Source of the DNA: Catajapyx aquilonaris
Taxonomy: Eukaryota
Length of the DNA stretch: 64,000 bases
Direction of reading: 5' to 3'
Assembly: GCA_000934665.2 (NCBI GenBank)
Contig: KZ538374.1
Span: 1 to 64,000 of the forward strand
In this document: piece by piece, positions 25,591 through 40,000 of the stretch
Layout: the number at the start of each line of letters is the position of its first letter
Numbering within the stretch: the stretch's first letter is position 1
Notes under the pieces: model-generated
The model's input: only the letters and a program-made list of their open reading frames with translations
What the model was told of the DNA's origin: nothing
Database searches by the model: none
Program-made: the position numbers and the translations under genes

Positions 25591-28500
25591 CACATTATCG
25601 GGCAGGTTTCTCCGCATACATTGCCCACACCCCTATGATGGACGGCCTTCAAAAATTGCCCCCGAAAAAATCCAGCGTCTTAACGCAAGACGCGCATTTT
25701 GCAATTGCAACACCCAACATAGCCGAACCCCTCGACCTGAATTTGCGCACTTTTTTTTTCTCTTTCCTTTTTCTTAAACGCCGGTACTGTAATCTCTCTC
25801 TTTCCCTCCCCCTCCCCCTCCCCACCCCACCCCTCCACCATCCCCCGATTCCCCTCCCATCCCTCCAGCTCCTTCCACCTCGGCCACTTCCCATTGCTTT
25901 TCTTTGGTGCCACCTGTGCAGGTTACTGAGAGATTGTGGCGGGCCCTGAGTGGAGGCTAAGACAAGTTTGGTCGTACTCCTTGGAATTCGACCCCTGAAG
26001 GGAAGGCCCAGCTCGCGCGAGCTTTTCTCTCTTGGCATTCCCTCTCCGTCCGTCTGGTCAAAGGAAGAGGACGAGGATACGTGTAAGAACCTCAGGTGCA
26101 CAGTGTTGGAAAGGAAGGAAGCTGGATGTGATTGTTGTGGTGGAGGGTGACGTGTTGTGTGAGGTGGTGAAGACAACAACAACAAAGAGGTGGTAGAGCA
26201 GACGACAACAGCTAGGTGGTGGTGTGTCGTCAGGTTGCTCTTGCACAACTTAAAGGAGGATGGATGCTAGATTTGTGATGAGGTAAGGGATGATGGCTGG
26301 TGATTTCAACGCGAGTGTCATGTGGGTGACATCATGGTGTTGTAGGCAGGCGGTCAAATGTGTTTGTAGTATGGATGTGCTGTGGTGCGACGAGACGGAA
26401 TTATGGCTCGAAAGGTGATGCATGCTGTGACAAGTGACATTTGAATGAGGACTATTCTAACTTAGTGGGCCCAATAAAATAACAAAAAAAATCAACAGTA
26501 CTTGAATCAAGTTTTACTCTTTAAAAATTACAATCGTGCATTATTTATATGTTTACACGTTGTTTTATGGCACGGATTAGGCCTACAGCATGTGGTGTTG
26601 TAGCATGAATATAATCAATAATGTTAGTGTTGACCTACATGTTATGGGCTTGAGGTTAATTTAATTAGCAAATGTAAGCCTCTTAGCAAGTCACCTTGAA
26701 TTCATCAAATTGCTAATGTGTGATATGATGCGTTTCACACACTAGTAGCCTATTATAATGTCAATGATGACTGTGTTCTTGTCAGTAATACCCAAATAAT
26801 ATATTGGAAGTATTTATTTATTATTTATTGAGCCCCCTCCCGCGGATAAACCTAACCCTATATTTTGTAAGTTTTCAACATTATATACCCACGATTAGTT
26901 TAATTAACAAATTATGCGCATTAAGATATCAGCAAAAATATTAATAATGTAACAAGCAGGATAGTCGGCTGTCATGAAAATGCAGTACTGTAATGGAAAT
27001 ATGGTTTTAAATATATTTTAAAAATATTTAATGTTTTCAAACCGCGGATAACGGGGGGGCCATTGTACTGTACAGTACAATTTAGTGTTATTATGGGGAG
27101 GTGAGAGTTTTTTAAAGGCCCAAATAAAGTGCTTAAGGTTTGGCATCATTGTCTGATAGTAATTAGCTGACGCTACTCAGACATATGCCTGGAAATGATC
27201 AATTTCCAGAGCCAAAAATGTTGCAATTACTGAATGTCTATATATTAAACAGGAAGTAATGATTTTTGCTGTTTGAGCTTGAGTCCAGCAATAAACAGAC
27301 GTCTTCCAAGTAGTGCACAAAAAAATCTGATTATGTCATAGAATTCTTTAAAAATATCTGATTATTCAAAACCGAATTAATGCCATTACAAAAGTGTAGA
27401 TTGTTATTGATGTATTTATGTGCTCATCTAGATCAATGCAATTTCAAATCCAACCCATGAAAATCGGTGGTCAGGACTATTACAGTTACCATTGAACAGT
27501 GTACTTTACACCTTAGAGTGACTAATCCTAGAATCTGCGTAGTATGCGAGTGTGTAGGCGTATAAGTGTGACTTCAACGCGCTATATGCCAAGAACCCTC
27601 TAACGTAATTATGACCCCTAGAATTTGTTAGATTCCACTAGACATATATTGAAGCGGAGTGTAATTATGTGTTTGCTTAATTAAATCTAATTGCTTGTGT
27701 CACACTCTGCTTGGTAAACACCTTTGCATTTTATTCGCCTTCAAATTTTGCTTTATTTTCCTTCAAAATTTTCACGGTAGCCGATGTAATATTGTATGTC
27801 CAATAACTATGGCCCAAATGATGTTAGTGACTTCGACCACAATTAGGGCACGTATGAAACAGCAGTAAGACGAACCGGTTCCATGTGGACCAAAACAGTT
27901 GTATCAGCCATTGTTATGGAACACACCACCTGAACGTGATAAAATTCACAATTAATGAAACATATTCTACGATATTGATTCAGACAAATCTACACCAATA
28001 TTGGACCCACTTAAGCCCAAAATTTGAGATCAATTGATTAGAACCGGATCGGAAATGGTCAAGCTGGATGAGAATTACAATAAGCAAAGTAGGCTAGAGC
28101 AATTATGATGACTGGCAATGGGGGGCAGCAATAATCATGCCGTCAGTTTTTTTTTTTTTACGTTGAAAGCGGCATTATTGAGGTTAAGCTGCGACGACAC
28201 GTTTGCAGCAAAGTGAGTAAGAGTTGATTGTTGCAGCCAGCAAGATTCCCAAGCGCACTTCCCTTGAGGAAAAGGAGAAAACGCGTTTCTCTTATTGGAA
28301 CAGGATGTGCCATGGGCATCCAAGAGAAGGCCATCTTTTTTATTATTATTATTATTTTTTCCTCCTGTACCACCGTACACTTCCTCAATTTTTGCTAGAT
28401 ATTAGATGAAAAATTTGAAGTATAAAAAAATGGAATCAATTGCCCAATTGAACATTGCATAAAAAATTGCTGACATGGTCACCCCCATGTTGCCTTCGAT

Positions 28501-31500
28501 TATGGCCAATGCAATGGCGACACAATGGAGAAAACGGGCCATTGGAATGATGACGTGACACATTCCATTCACTTGCGGGGTCGGTTCAACGGCATATTTT
28601 GGTACTTGGAAGGTTTTTTTTTTGATGGATAATGAAGAAGGTATGTCTTATTTGGTATGCCCATCTCCGGATCAGCGGTCCGTAACCTCAAAACAGGAAT
28701 ATTTATTATAGTTCGGGTGGGTTGCGGTTTTTCTAAGACTTCCCGTGTGGAATTGCCAGTTTTTGGTGGTTTCCGGTCCATGGTGGTAAATTTTGGATGA
28801 AAAAAAAGGTTCTTTGACACCAGATGTTCGGAAGAAATATGGCGATTTCCGGGGTCTTTAAAAATTTTTTCCACCATAAAGAATTTAAGCAAATTTGACG
28901 ATTATCTTCAACCCATTTCCAACTCCTGATGCGATAACAAGAGAGATGAGACGGAATAGTGATGATGAGGTGGTGTAAGGAGTAGAATCGATATGATTTC
29001 AGATTGCCCTCTAGGGTGGGCAATTTGCATTGCTCCAGCGCAAATATTGGGCTAATTCCAAGGTCATACTATTGAGCTTTGGTCATTAGCATGCATTAAT
29101 TGAGAGGCGTTGCTCAAAAAAAAAATACCAGGGGAAAAATAATGTCCAGGACGAATTAGAAACCTTCTATAATTTGTCCCACGGATGTGTTTAGGGAGTT
29201 AAACGTGTATTTAAATTGAGAAATTATTGGCTCAATTTGCGGCGGTGTAAACATTAAGTGTCTATAAATATGGATTATTGTCAGGGGTCCTCTGGGTATT
29301 TTGATGGCGGCAAAATTACACATGAAATTAACGTGCTGCTTGTTTTCAAATCATGTGTTATACACACATAGGTATTTGGCTTAATCTCCAGTGCTTGACA
29401 TGCACGACAATTATGTATAAATAACACTTTAAAAATTTACTTCTCTATAACTTATACTGTAAACACGATGCATATTATGGGATTTGTTTTTTAAAAAAAT
29501 CTCGAGGCTAAACTGAATGCGAAGGCCAATGCTCTAGTGAAAAATAATGTCGGGCTGCATATCTAGAATGACGGAATCTTTAAAAAAATGGTCAGGCCTA
29601 TTACCGTACAAGCTTATCAGGAAGGTTGTCTATTCACAGAAAGTTTTGTCGCATGTATTTTTCCAGGAAATTGTCACACACAACGTTGGTTTCATGGGTT
29701 TCTTGTTTGAAGAAGATAGGTTCGAACAATCTCTTGTGGCTTTCTTTCATGGTTTTTTTTGTTTGTTTACGGATTTTGGTTAAACATATAAACCGGAGGT
29801 CGACAGTGAATAATTATGCTCTGATCCCTTTTGTGGCGCCGCATCGTACCATGCCGTCACAGCAATATTTCTTTTTCATTCTCCCAAAAAGCTATTAAAA
29901 AAGAAGGCCATGTACAGCAAAGCTCACCTTCTCATCCATTAAAAATTTATCACACATTTTTATAAACGTTGACGTGGTATCGTATCGGTAAAGGCATATA
30001 CACTGATCGAAAAATGTATGGTCAGCAAACACCGTTGTCACAACGGCCTGTGTCCCGTACAACACTGTCACGAATTCCAAAGACAGGTCATTGGACTTAA
30101 GAACTATCCTTGCGTGTCTTCCAGTGAAAAAAAAGGCCAACTTTGGCTACAATTCATAAAGTCGCGAGAGAAAGCTTGGTTTGTTATCCTCCTATGAGTA
30201 GCGCAGTTGTTGAGTGTGACGACCTGCAAACAGGAAGATGGCCAACCTATCCCCCATTCGATATGCAAATGAAGAGAGTGAGATAGGTCTAAAGAATGCA
30301 TCTCTGTGGTCTGGGGCACTCCCCAAGTTGGTGGGCGACTCAAGGACGAGGAAGGAATCCTTGCAACAATGCCAGTTTGATCTCAAGGCGATTTGGCCAG
30401 TAGGAATGCTTGTTTTTGCTATCAAATACCAAAGGAATGCTGGAACGCCATCAGTCAGAATGCACCCTTGTATGCAAGGCCATGATTAGTTTTGGGGGAA
30501 GTTCGGTACCAATTGATTGTACAAATGCAGCATTGAACAAGTCAGTGGAGTGAATAAGTTTTGTGGCAGAAAAAAGAGCACGAAGGAGAAAGAAGGAGGC
30601 GTAACAAAGTAGGTTTCTTGGTGAATGGGAAGTGGGTCATTCACATTTAAATCACTCAGCGGCCCTGACAGCCGACGCAACTACGTCGCCTGCTGGTTCA
30701 CCGACCCACATAACACCTTGTTTATTTACACCCTGCCAATATGTACTAGCATAACGGTATGATCAGTTCATTTTCTATTTCAACACGATCAATGTCATGG
30801 ATCGTTCATCTCGTGCAGAGTTCTGGGGTCGTCTCTGGCTTCGTCTCGGGTGGTATATCCACAGACTAAACCACCCGGGGGAGTTCACAAAACGACCAAG
30901 CACCGTTACTGCACTGCACTTGCACATCCCCTCCTGTCATCCTGCCCGTGGGCCCGGGCGCTTCGAATATGGCACCATGTATACTTCGATTGAAATAAAG
31001 GTCCGTGCAAATACCCTCTGGGTGAGCACTAACCCAGCAATTATTATTATTATTATTATTATGTCATGGATCGTCGCGCGGTAACAAGTTGACACGTACT
31101 TGCTGTAGGGCTTCGCGGTGCGAATGTGTCTATCGGAAGAATGTGGCACTTCCGGAATGATGCGAAGAACAACCGGTAGGCCTACATACTGTAATGTAGG
31201 GGAGACTAGGGTAGGGCCAGACATTTTCTTTTGAAGTGTAGGTGAGTGGATTTATTATACAACTTGTGTCTGCCCTACAGATAACACTACAAGTAAATTC
31301 AACTACTTCGAAACTTGGAGTCACCCATTTGTAATAATGGTCCAACTTTCTACTCGGTTTCGAGCAAGATGAACAGTGAACGTGATGAATGAAGGGGATA
31401 CATGACAGGACGTAACCAATTTTGTCCCACCTCTTGACATCCATCCTTGCGTCATTGTTGATCTAACCCGTCCCATTATCCCACTTGCCATGCACGAAGC

Positions 31501-34058
31501 AAAACGGCACGGACGGAACTAAAGTGTAGTCAAGCATGTGTTTCACTTCACGTATATAGGCTAGCAACACCATGTATTTGTAAAGAGGTGATAATTAGAG
31601 CAATGTGTCTAAATAATTATTTAAAAAATCAGTTGTTTGAACCATATTGTCAGTAACATCTGCATATATGTGGCTTAGTCTTGTAAGCACACTTGATATC
31701 AGTCGTCAGCTGGTGTTCATCGTGTAAGCATGTAATCAAAGTTGGGTAAAGCATGGAAAGCCAACTCTCCGCATTCCTGACGTGGGACTCAAGGTCCGTT
31801 ATAAATACAGGGCGGGCCTGGGGTCTACATTGCCCAACCAAATACTTCAATTTTGCCACCTTAAGAAGCAGACGAAATGGCGCGCTCTAATTGTTGCTTG
31901 TGTCGTAACAAAATGCCGATAAGTGATGAAGTAACTCAGCTGCAGTGGAGATGAGATGATATGTCTACACTGCGTATAAGGAGCCAGAAAGCGTGGAAGA
32001 ATAGGAGATATGATCTTTGGCTATTTGGATGTCCCTCCGAAATTTTCAGTAGCTTTCACTGTGAAAAAAAGCAATTTCTCCTAATGAAGAACACAATGGA
32101 TGGGCATTGTGAATAAGTGCTTGTATGCGTGTGTTGGTGTACCATAGGGGATTATTAACATTTTCAGATGTTATTGTTCATGACGTGGATGAACATCCTT
32201 GCACTGCATATTAGATTGCATCGTTATGGGAAATACGCGGATATCAGCTTTGCTTTCATTACAAGAAAAAAATAACCTGACCTGACGTAACCTGATGTCC
32301 TAACCCGCAGCATTTCGAAGCCAAGATTCCATGACACTCAATAGCTTTGTGCAAGTGCCTCGAAAAAGTATTGTTGTAATAATGGCAGAACAAGCGCGTT
32401 CACTCATCTTTACTAGTTATTTCCATTGTAGATTACCTGAGGTTAGCTGCATTGTAATTATGTGCTTGATATGCACATTAACACTGGGCAAAAAATCCAG
32501 GACACCCAATATATTTTGGTTTGTAATACTTTAATAATGCGGAACTGTACCGTGTGGGGATGTAACCCTCCCAGGACGTATGATACGGTAATTTTTAATA
32601 GCCAATTACCACAGCATCACTTTTGCAATTAGGTGGGGAATACACGATGCAAATTATTGAGACAATTTTGCATCCCAGATTTTTTTCATTGTGAATTATT
32701 AGAATTTCCATTTTGATGCTATATGTGGGATGTTTACTGGGGAATACCTGCAGGGGTCTGTGCCTGTCTCTTTGTCCCTAGGAAGTCATAGGGTGTGAAA
32801 ATGACGCAAGAGTTGGAGGTTCTGGATTAGAAGGAGAAATAGCTTATCATTTATGGCCTTGATTATGCGTGCTTTTAAAAGATTGCATGTCACGATGAAG
32901 GAGGTCGCCTTGTAAATGATTTAACACAATTGTGAGACGGTTCCGACAAATAATAACACCCAGAGGTTCTTCACTCTGCTTTATCACATCGGTCGTTGGT
33001 TTTGTAGGCCCTATGTACAAGGTGGTCAGTAACTCTCGGAACTGCGGTCCCTTGGCATATTCTGATTCCAAAATACTCTGTACCGGTATCATTATTAGAA
33101 TTGAGGCTTAATTACAGTTCACAGCGGATATTAAGTTTAGCTTATTGCTTATTGGCGGAATAGGGAATATCCTGTATATCACACCACAGGTACAGATCTG
33201 GCAACCCTGCTTGACGGATGATTTGCCTGAAGGATATTTCCAATACCGCCAGCGCTAACAGAATTAAAACTTAGTTTCCGCCACAACCCGTAATTAAGCC
33301 TCATCAATTCCAAAAATGATATAGCGTGTGGTCTTAAAATATAGGCCAAGGGATCACTCCACCTGGAGCGATTATAACTTTTTGTATTTAAAATGTTGTA
33401 TAAAAATTGCGCAATCAGAATTCCAGTGTACTCGAATATTAATTTATTTTCCTGCAATATTTCCAAAGATAGTCATCAAACGGAAAGAGAGTGCTTAAAG
33501 CCTATGCCACTTCCTTTCTCCAAAGTGTTAGGATGCAGGGAACTACATCAGATTGTTCCCTTGATGTCAGCAATGTTTGAAGGAACTCGTGGATTTCAGA
33601 AAAAAGCATTCTTTCTACCTAACGGAAGAGACTCGAAACGAATGGTATTATCGGTCAATTGTGTACTTAATCAGTATTCTGAATACAAACCTGGGGTGCA
33701 TAGCGGAATTATTAAAGAACGGGACTATACACTTAAGAGTAGATGATAGTATGGAAGATAGCCTTTGGTATGGCCTATATTTAAGGAACAGTGATACCTT
33801 ATTTATTTAAACTTGTTATAGATAGCTGTTTCTCTGTAAGTTACATGCTATATTGTATAGTTTTATTGGAAACTATTTTTATAAATTATTCAGTAGTTCA
33901 AATGCAGCAGAATAACTGGTTCCTACATTTTTCTTTACTATTAGTTAACGAACCTGACATAATTAAATTGTACAAATAAGCTGACCTCCAAATTTCTCTT
34001 TTCAGGTGCTCCAAAATGGCCATGACATTGTGACTTGAAGAAATCATCTGAAGACAAG

Positions 34059-34088
34059 ATGACCACCGGAAGACCCCACTTTGATAAG
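34059..34088 (+). CDS. Myo15: Myo15 short first coding exon ([10 protein letters not shown]); exon begins at 34006
   Basis: Acceptor ttttcag at 34005, ATG at 34059, donor AAG|gtaat in phase 0, matching the exon at 42984. Confidence 0.7.
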
Positions 34089-37000
34089 GTAATATTATTT
34101 TACTTAAAATGTTATATTAGGGGCGAATTAATCGTTACACTGCCATGTGGCATATTCAAATGAATAATACAACATGTTGTATTGTTCGCCTATACGATAT
34201 CGGGCATGCCTCATGACGTTTAATTTTTTTGTTATGCCAATATCTAGTCCGTTATTGGGTGAATGCACAATAACCGACAAAAACATTATGTTGCGTAAGA
34301 TTCCATACCGATAGTATCATGAATAGTCATTATATAAGTCACTGCCTACTAGCGTTTCTCCCTTAAACGCTACTATTCTACTTGCCATGTCCCGAATACC
34401 TCCTAAATATTTTGCTAATATAATATGTGGTTTGTAAAAATTCATGGAGAAATTCGATTCGATACGTCTGCTGTCTTGATGGGGAGAGTATTTTGTGCAG
34501 ATAATACAGCCGCCGACTATTTTGAAGGAAAAAAGTGCATCTTTGTCGTGATTTAACTTTGCCTTTTCGTAGTTGAAAGGGAAAACTCAAAAAGTGTTTT
34601 CAGGCACAAGGTCAAGTAGTTGCACATTTGTTACGAGCCATAGCGTGTGCATAATAAGCCTAGATGGGTTCCACTAGCGTGACAGTATCGTCGGCCTTTT
34701 TTCCCCTTGAGGAGACAGTGTTAGGAACAAATCTAAGGACATGAAGAAAGTGACCACGAAACAGCATCTATAGGGATTTGAGGTCTAGTTTGGATTTACC
34801 ACTGTACTGACTGAGAAAATGGATCGGAAGAGGGGCCCCAATTCATTAGTCTCCATGTTCTCCAGTTATGACTCGTTTTCCTGCTGTGATGTGGTGATAA
34901 CCAAATGTATACCATAAGGAAATGGACACCTTGCATTACTGAGTGACCGACTTCTTAAGGCAGTGGTAGCAAGTCATGCTGCTAAACTTTTTGCAAATGA
35001 TCACTGTCACATTAATGCTGAGGAATTGTCAGGTAGGAAGTCCTATTCGAAAATGGAGAGACGGAGATTCCTGTGGTAATGGGTGTTTCTAAAAGCACGC
35101 GTCGAAAGGTATCCTAGAACCAAGCTGTAGGCTGTAGGGCACCTACACAGTGGCCAAGACAGCGCCAACAACCTATGTAAACCACGAGCTGTCCGTCCCT
35201 CAAATTTGCATGGGCTGTGCCTCCTAGTATATCAGGGTACCTTTTATGGTACAATGTGATAGTTATCGTGAAGGTCTATGGGCGAGGAAGGGTTCGAAGG
35301 GAGTAGCTTTTTGGACTTATGTACCTTGTATATTTGTGTGATATTCTCTTTCAATGTGTACACCTACATAGTTATTTGTGAACAAAATAAAGACCTGACA
35401 ATAATAATGAAGTTTTAATTTTTAAATCACAGACGGCAGGCTGTACTTGTCAAGTGTTTAACGTGACTTTTTTGTGCTGTACAGCAACGATGGTCTATAT
35501 AGAACTATTGAGTAAGTTGAGCACGAGTAAGGAAATGAACTCGATTTCCTCACAACTGTACGTCGCGTCGCGTCGTGTCGTGATGTGGACATATCAGGGT
35601 TGAAATTATATAGTGCAAGGTCGAATTGCGAAAGAAACGCCATGAACAAAATTGTTGCTAGCATGCTGTCAGTTAATTGAATGGCCATGAGCTGTTCAGG
35701 AAATGCTGCAAATGATCTACATTATTTATCAATGTACCATGGTTACCAACCGAGGGGCAAGTCACTGAAGTCACTCGTACACCTTGGAGGAAGTCATAGG
35801 AAGTCATTTGTGGGGGAAATGGTGATAATTTTAAGTGTTTTATTCATTTTGAGAGTGTTGGAGAAAATTATCTGAATTCGTGATTTTACTGCATGGCAAA
35901 GTATACTGTTTTCAAATTGCACTTGCATGATATGATATTTGAGGTCACCCACGTCATTGCGAGAGCTGACCTTCCTAGGTCGTTACTCCGACCACGCGAG
36001 GTGACCTCAGTGTCGTGGTCCAAAAATACATCGGTTGCCCACAACTTACGATATTTATTAATATTAATATTTATTACAAGCCTCCTCCGAGGCCAACAAT
36101 AGGATTCCTAACAACCAACGTGATTCCTAACTAGCCAATCAACGGCCATCTAGTGAGGGATGTCTCAGATTCAGTAGTCCATATAGTGCATGATATTTTT
36201 TCGCCACTATAACATAACAGTACCTAGGAAGTCAGAGAAATTACTTAAAAACCTCCGGAAATCCTATAAGTGAGTCCCAAGATGTCCAGAAGTCATCTAG
36301 GAGTCCCAGGAGTCCGGCCAAGATTTCCCGATGTAAGGGATGACTTCCCTGACATCTGAAAATTTGGGACTGACTTTTTTAAAGGACTCCTAGATATAAA
36401 AGACTTCCGGAAGCCAGGGAAGTCAGGCAGATTTATACGAAGTCAGTCGTACTTCCTCCATAACAATAAGTTATTGAGGGATGTAATGCTCCTGGCATGA
36501 CCAGACACACGATAATAATTGGAAAAATAGATCAGTGTGCCAGCCACCTTCAGTGTACTAGCTGTATAGAGTTTTTTAAAAAATGACCTTGCTGTAATAA
36601 TTATTTCGCTGCCGCGATGCCGTGAGAAGTCTTCTTGAGGCCACTAGTGAACACATACGCCAAGAGATGTCGTGAGCATATGCTGTAGTAGCGCTAACAG
36701 GTGAGACGGAATACAGTACCATGTTGTGTAATACTGTACGGTAGTTGGGGACAGTGCCCTCGGCCTCCCCTACCATCTGAAGATTTATGTAGCTGCTTCA
36801 TGCGTCCCAGAGCGTGGAAAAAAGCGTCACGCATATGAATGTGTGTGTATGCTGCCATCCTGGAGCACTTCCACCTTCCAGGATGGATCTCCCCAAACAC
36901 ACTGATTCGGTACCATCGCCGGTGCAATTTGTAGGCGGCAGTACCTTCAGGCGCTTTGGGAATGTATAGGTTTCAGGTTGCCTTTTAGCACGTTGGATGG

Positions 37001-40000
37001 GATGGGTGGTGTTAATTTGAAAGAGGATTCCTCAGGGGTTGCTACCGTGCCATGCAGGATAGATTGCATCTGATTTGAAAATGGGCCGGTAGCACTAATT
37101 ATGTTTTCTCCCATGGTACGACACGTGCAATGATCTGTGCGCAACATTCAGGAAGTGTAGAGATTCATAATTTATTCGCTGTCAGTTTTCCATTTCTTCA
37201 GGTAGCCTATAGGTACCTAAGCGGTACATTTGTCAGTGTCGCGGTAATGCTCTTTGTATTGGGTTGAAATGACGCAATGTGTCCAATTTGCAATTTGGAA
37301 AATGCATGGACAGATAGTTAGCAAGTCGAAGATAAATTAGGAAATGCGTGTTAAATTAAGATTGATTGAGATTATATTACGTCACGGAACAAGCCTTCAA
37401 ATGAGAGTCTTATTGTACAATAATTTCACTGGTGTCGGGCACGCAGTCGAGTACGTAGGGCGTTTCAAAATCACACAAATATTGAGATTAATCCGTCCTT
37501 GTCAGAAACCGGAATACTGGGAAGGAGGGGAGAAAATCGCGCTTAGTTAATTTGGGATACAGTAGTACAAGGGCACACGTCAAGGAGCATTCCTCCTAAT
37601 TATGAAATTATAATTAGACTTATATACTCTTTTACCATGCTGTGCCACATGCTAATCTGCCGTTACAGACATGTTACGCATCTCATATGAGGGGTGTGGT
37701 GGAAAAAGGTGATAACCCTAATTTTGGTCATTTTTGACATAAACACCTAGCAACTATGTAAAAGACATGACAAACAGTTTGGTATAGGCCTACTCCATGT
37801 TCCCATATCATGCGCAAGACGGCCACACGGACTAGATCAAAACCAGTATTCCCTATGATTTGTTAAGAGAATTCAAACTTCAATTCGCTCTCCTGATAAA
37901 TTACACTGTTGTGGGTTCTCACCTTTTTCCACCAAACCCCTCATATTATGCAGAGATCATCTGCATGCTTCGAACGTCACTTTCATTCTTGTAAGAATAT
38001 ACAGTGCTGTATACTGTTCAGTCTCTCTGTTGCTGTACCTAAATTGTACCTCGAGGATTTATTTCACATTGCATTCAATGATACGTCGGCTTATTTATAA
38101 GGAGCCAGGAAGCCAGGATTTTCTGTCTTTACTAGCATGTAAACAAGTACAAGGTCAAATATTTGCCTACGATTATTTAGAAACTGGTTATATGGATGTG
38201 GATTTCACATGTAAGCCTACAATATATTGACCAATTTAAAAAAACTGAAAAGGTCAGTTGGTTTTTCCCTGGTGATCTGACCACAGCTGCCCCTCCCAGG
38301 TTTGTGAACCAGTGGTCTAAACAATTCGTCACATTTTGATAACAATCATTGTTCCATGCTTAGTACTGTTTATCCGCTACTTTCACGCGTAATCTTGTAA
38401 ATACATTGATTTCAATGTTAGCTGTCCAGGCTTATAGGGCAGGAAAAATCTGGTTCATTCTCTGCATGGATCACAGGTTGCCGATTCGTTGACATTGGTT
38501 CGCATTAATTTCCCCCTCATTATATCATGACGAAAGAGAAAATAAGGAGCGGCTCAAGCGTAAAATAAGTGAGGAATGTTTTCTGAAGAAGACTGTGGGG
38601 GGAAGTGGATGTTGCAGCTGCCATCATTGTTATTTATGCTTCACCGTGCGAAACGCTCCAAGTCTTGTCGTCTAGAAGTTAAAAGTTGTTTGGTTGAAGT
38701 CGTCTAAGCAATCTTTTCAGTCATACTGCATATTTTTGTCTATAATGCTAAGAGTGTGAATTAGATTATATAATAATAATAAAATGTCCCCAAATTGTGA
38801 TGTATATAGAATCTTTTCTGAGAGAAAGGATTTCCTACGTAGCCTACGTCATGTTATAAGGGCAGGGCATTAAACATTTTTTGGAAGACTAAGGTCAAGT
38901 AAGAAAAAAACTAGAGTCGCAGGACCATAAATTGTGTACCAATGTATCAGGGCGATTCCAGGAATCGTGCCCATATCAAGGTTAACGTTAAGTACATAAA
39001 AGTCATGGCGTTTCTGGCTCCAATTGCAATCCACCTCAATAATTTTACCTCCCAACAATGAAAAATAATAATTAAGAACTATTAAAATGATCATAGCACG
39101 TCTTTAAAATAGCAGTTTTTTTCACTGTGATTTGTTTAAAGGTTGTTTATCGGTTATACGTGTGTATAGGATATCCCGCACCTTATGGGGTGTAGGTATA
39201 TAAATAGCTTCTACACCACTTTCTTCACATATTTGTTTCATCCGGTATCTCAGGTAGGATGAGCAGAGACGGAAAAAAATGAATGATTTACTTGGCTGCA
39301 TTTAAGACATAACGTATAGCAAAAAATGCATCCGTGTTTTCCATCACAAAGTGGCACGAACTTATGGTCTTACAGCCACTTATTTTTCCCAAGCTCAATT
39401 TGTTACCTCGTTGTCCTACAGGGAATCGGGGTGCAAATAATCGTGACCCGAGTGATAAACACCAGAAACGGGACCTTATTGACTGCCGTCAGGTGTCACA
39501 TTAGCCGAGTAGTTTGCATATGCTATTAGCAACCTACCACCGGCTATTACCCTGTAGAGTTTTATGCCGAGAAATAGGAAGGAAGAAAACTTAGGTCAGA
39601 TGAGGGCACACGCATCGCGTTATGACTTACAGTGCCTAGGAGGAGGTGCAGCCGAGAGAAGAAGATCAGTCAGCGTGAAGGATGGTACGGTGGGGGCTCT
39701 CGGGTGGGGACATGATGGAATGTCTGAGGAAAGAAGAGGGCCCAAGCAGGAAAGACACGCCACTTGCACAAAGCGAGTCGGTGTTTCCGTGGCTGCCGCA
39801 AGCAACAGCCTGTTGCACCAAGTACCCATAGGCAGTAGGTACACTCCAGCTGCAGTGGCCAGTTCCCATCCATTTAGCTGTCATTCACCGCTCCATTTCA
39901 TCCCTCATCACATCCATTACCATTCTTCCTTGCAATGTGCTAGTCCATGCATGCAGTCAGCTTCAAACCTTCACCCTTGAGTGTGTAGCCCAAGTGTCGT

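Noticed and set aside
24984..25638. Poly-Ile, poly-Leu and poly-Tyr ORFs
   Set aside because: Microsatellite translations.
27865..27902. Penelope-type hammerhead-like hairpin GGTTCCATGTGGACC-AAAAC
   Set aside because: Lacks CTGANGA and GAAA core residues.
30040..30260. Possible degenerate THAP domain
   Set aside because: Needs several frameshifts and key Cys/His residues are missing.
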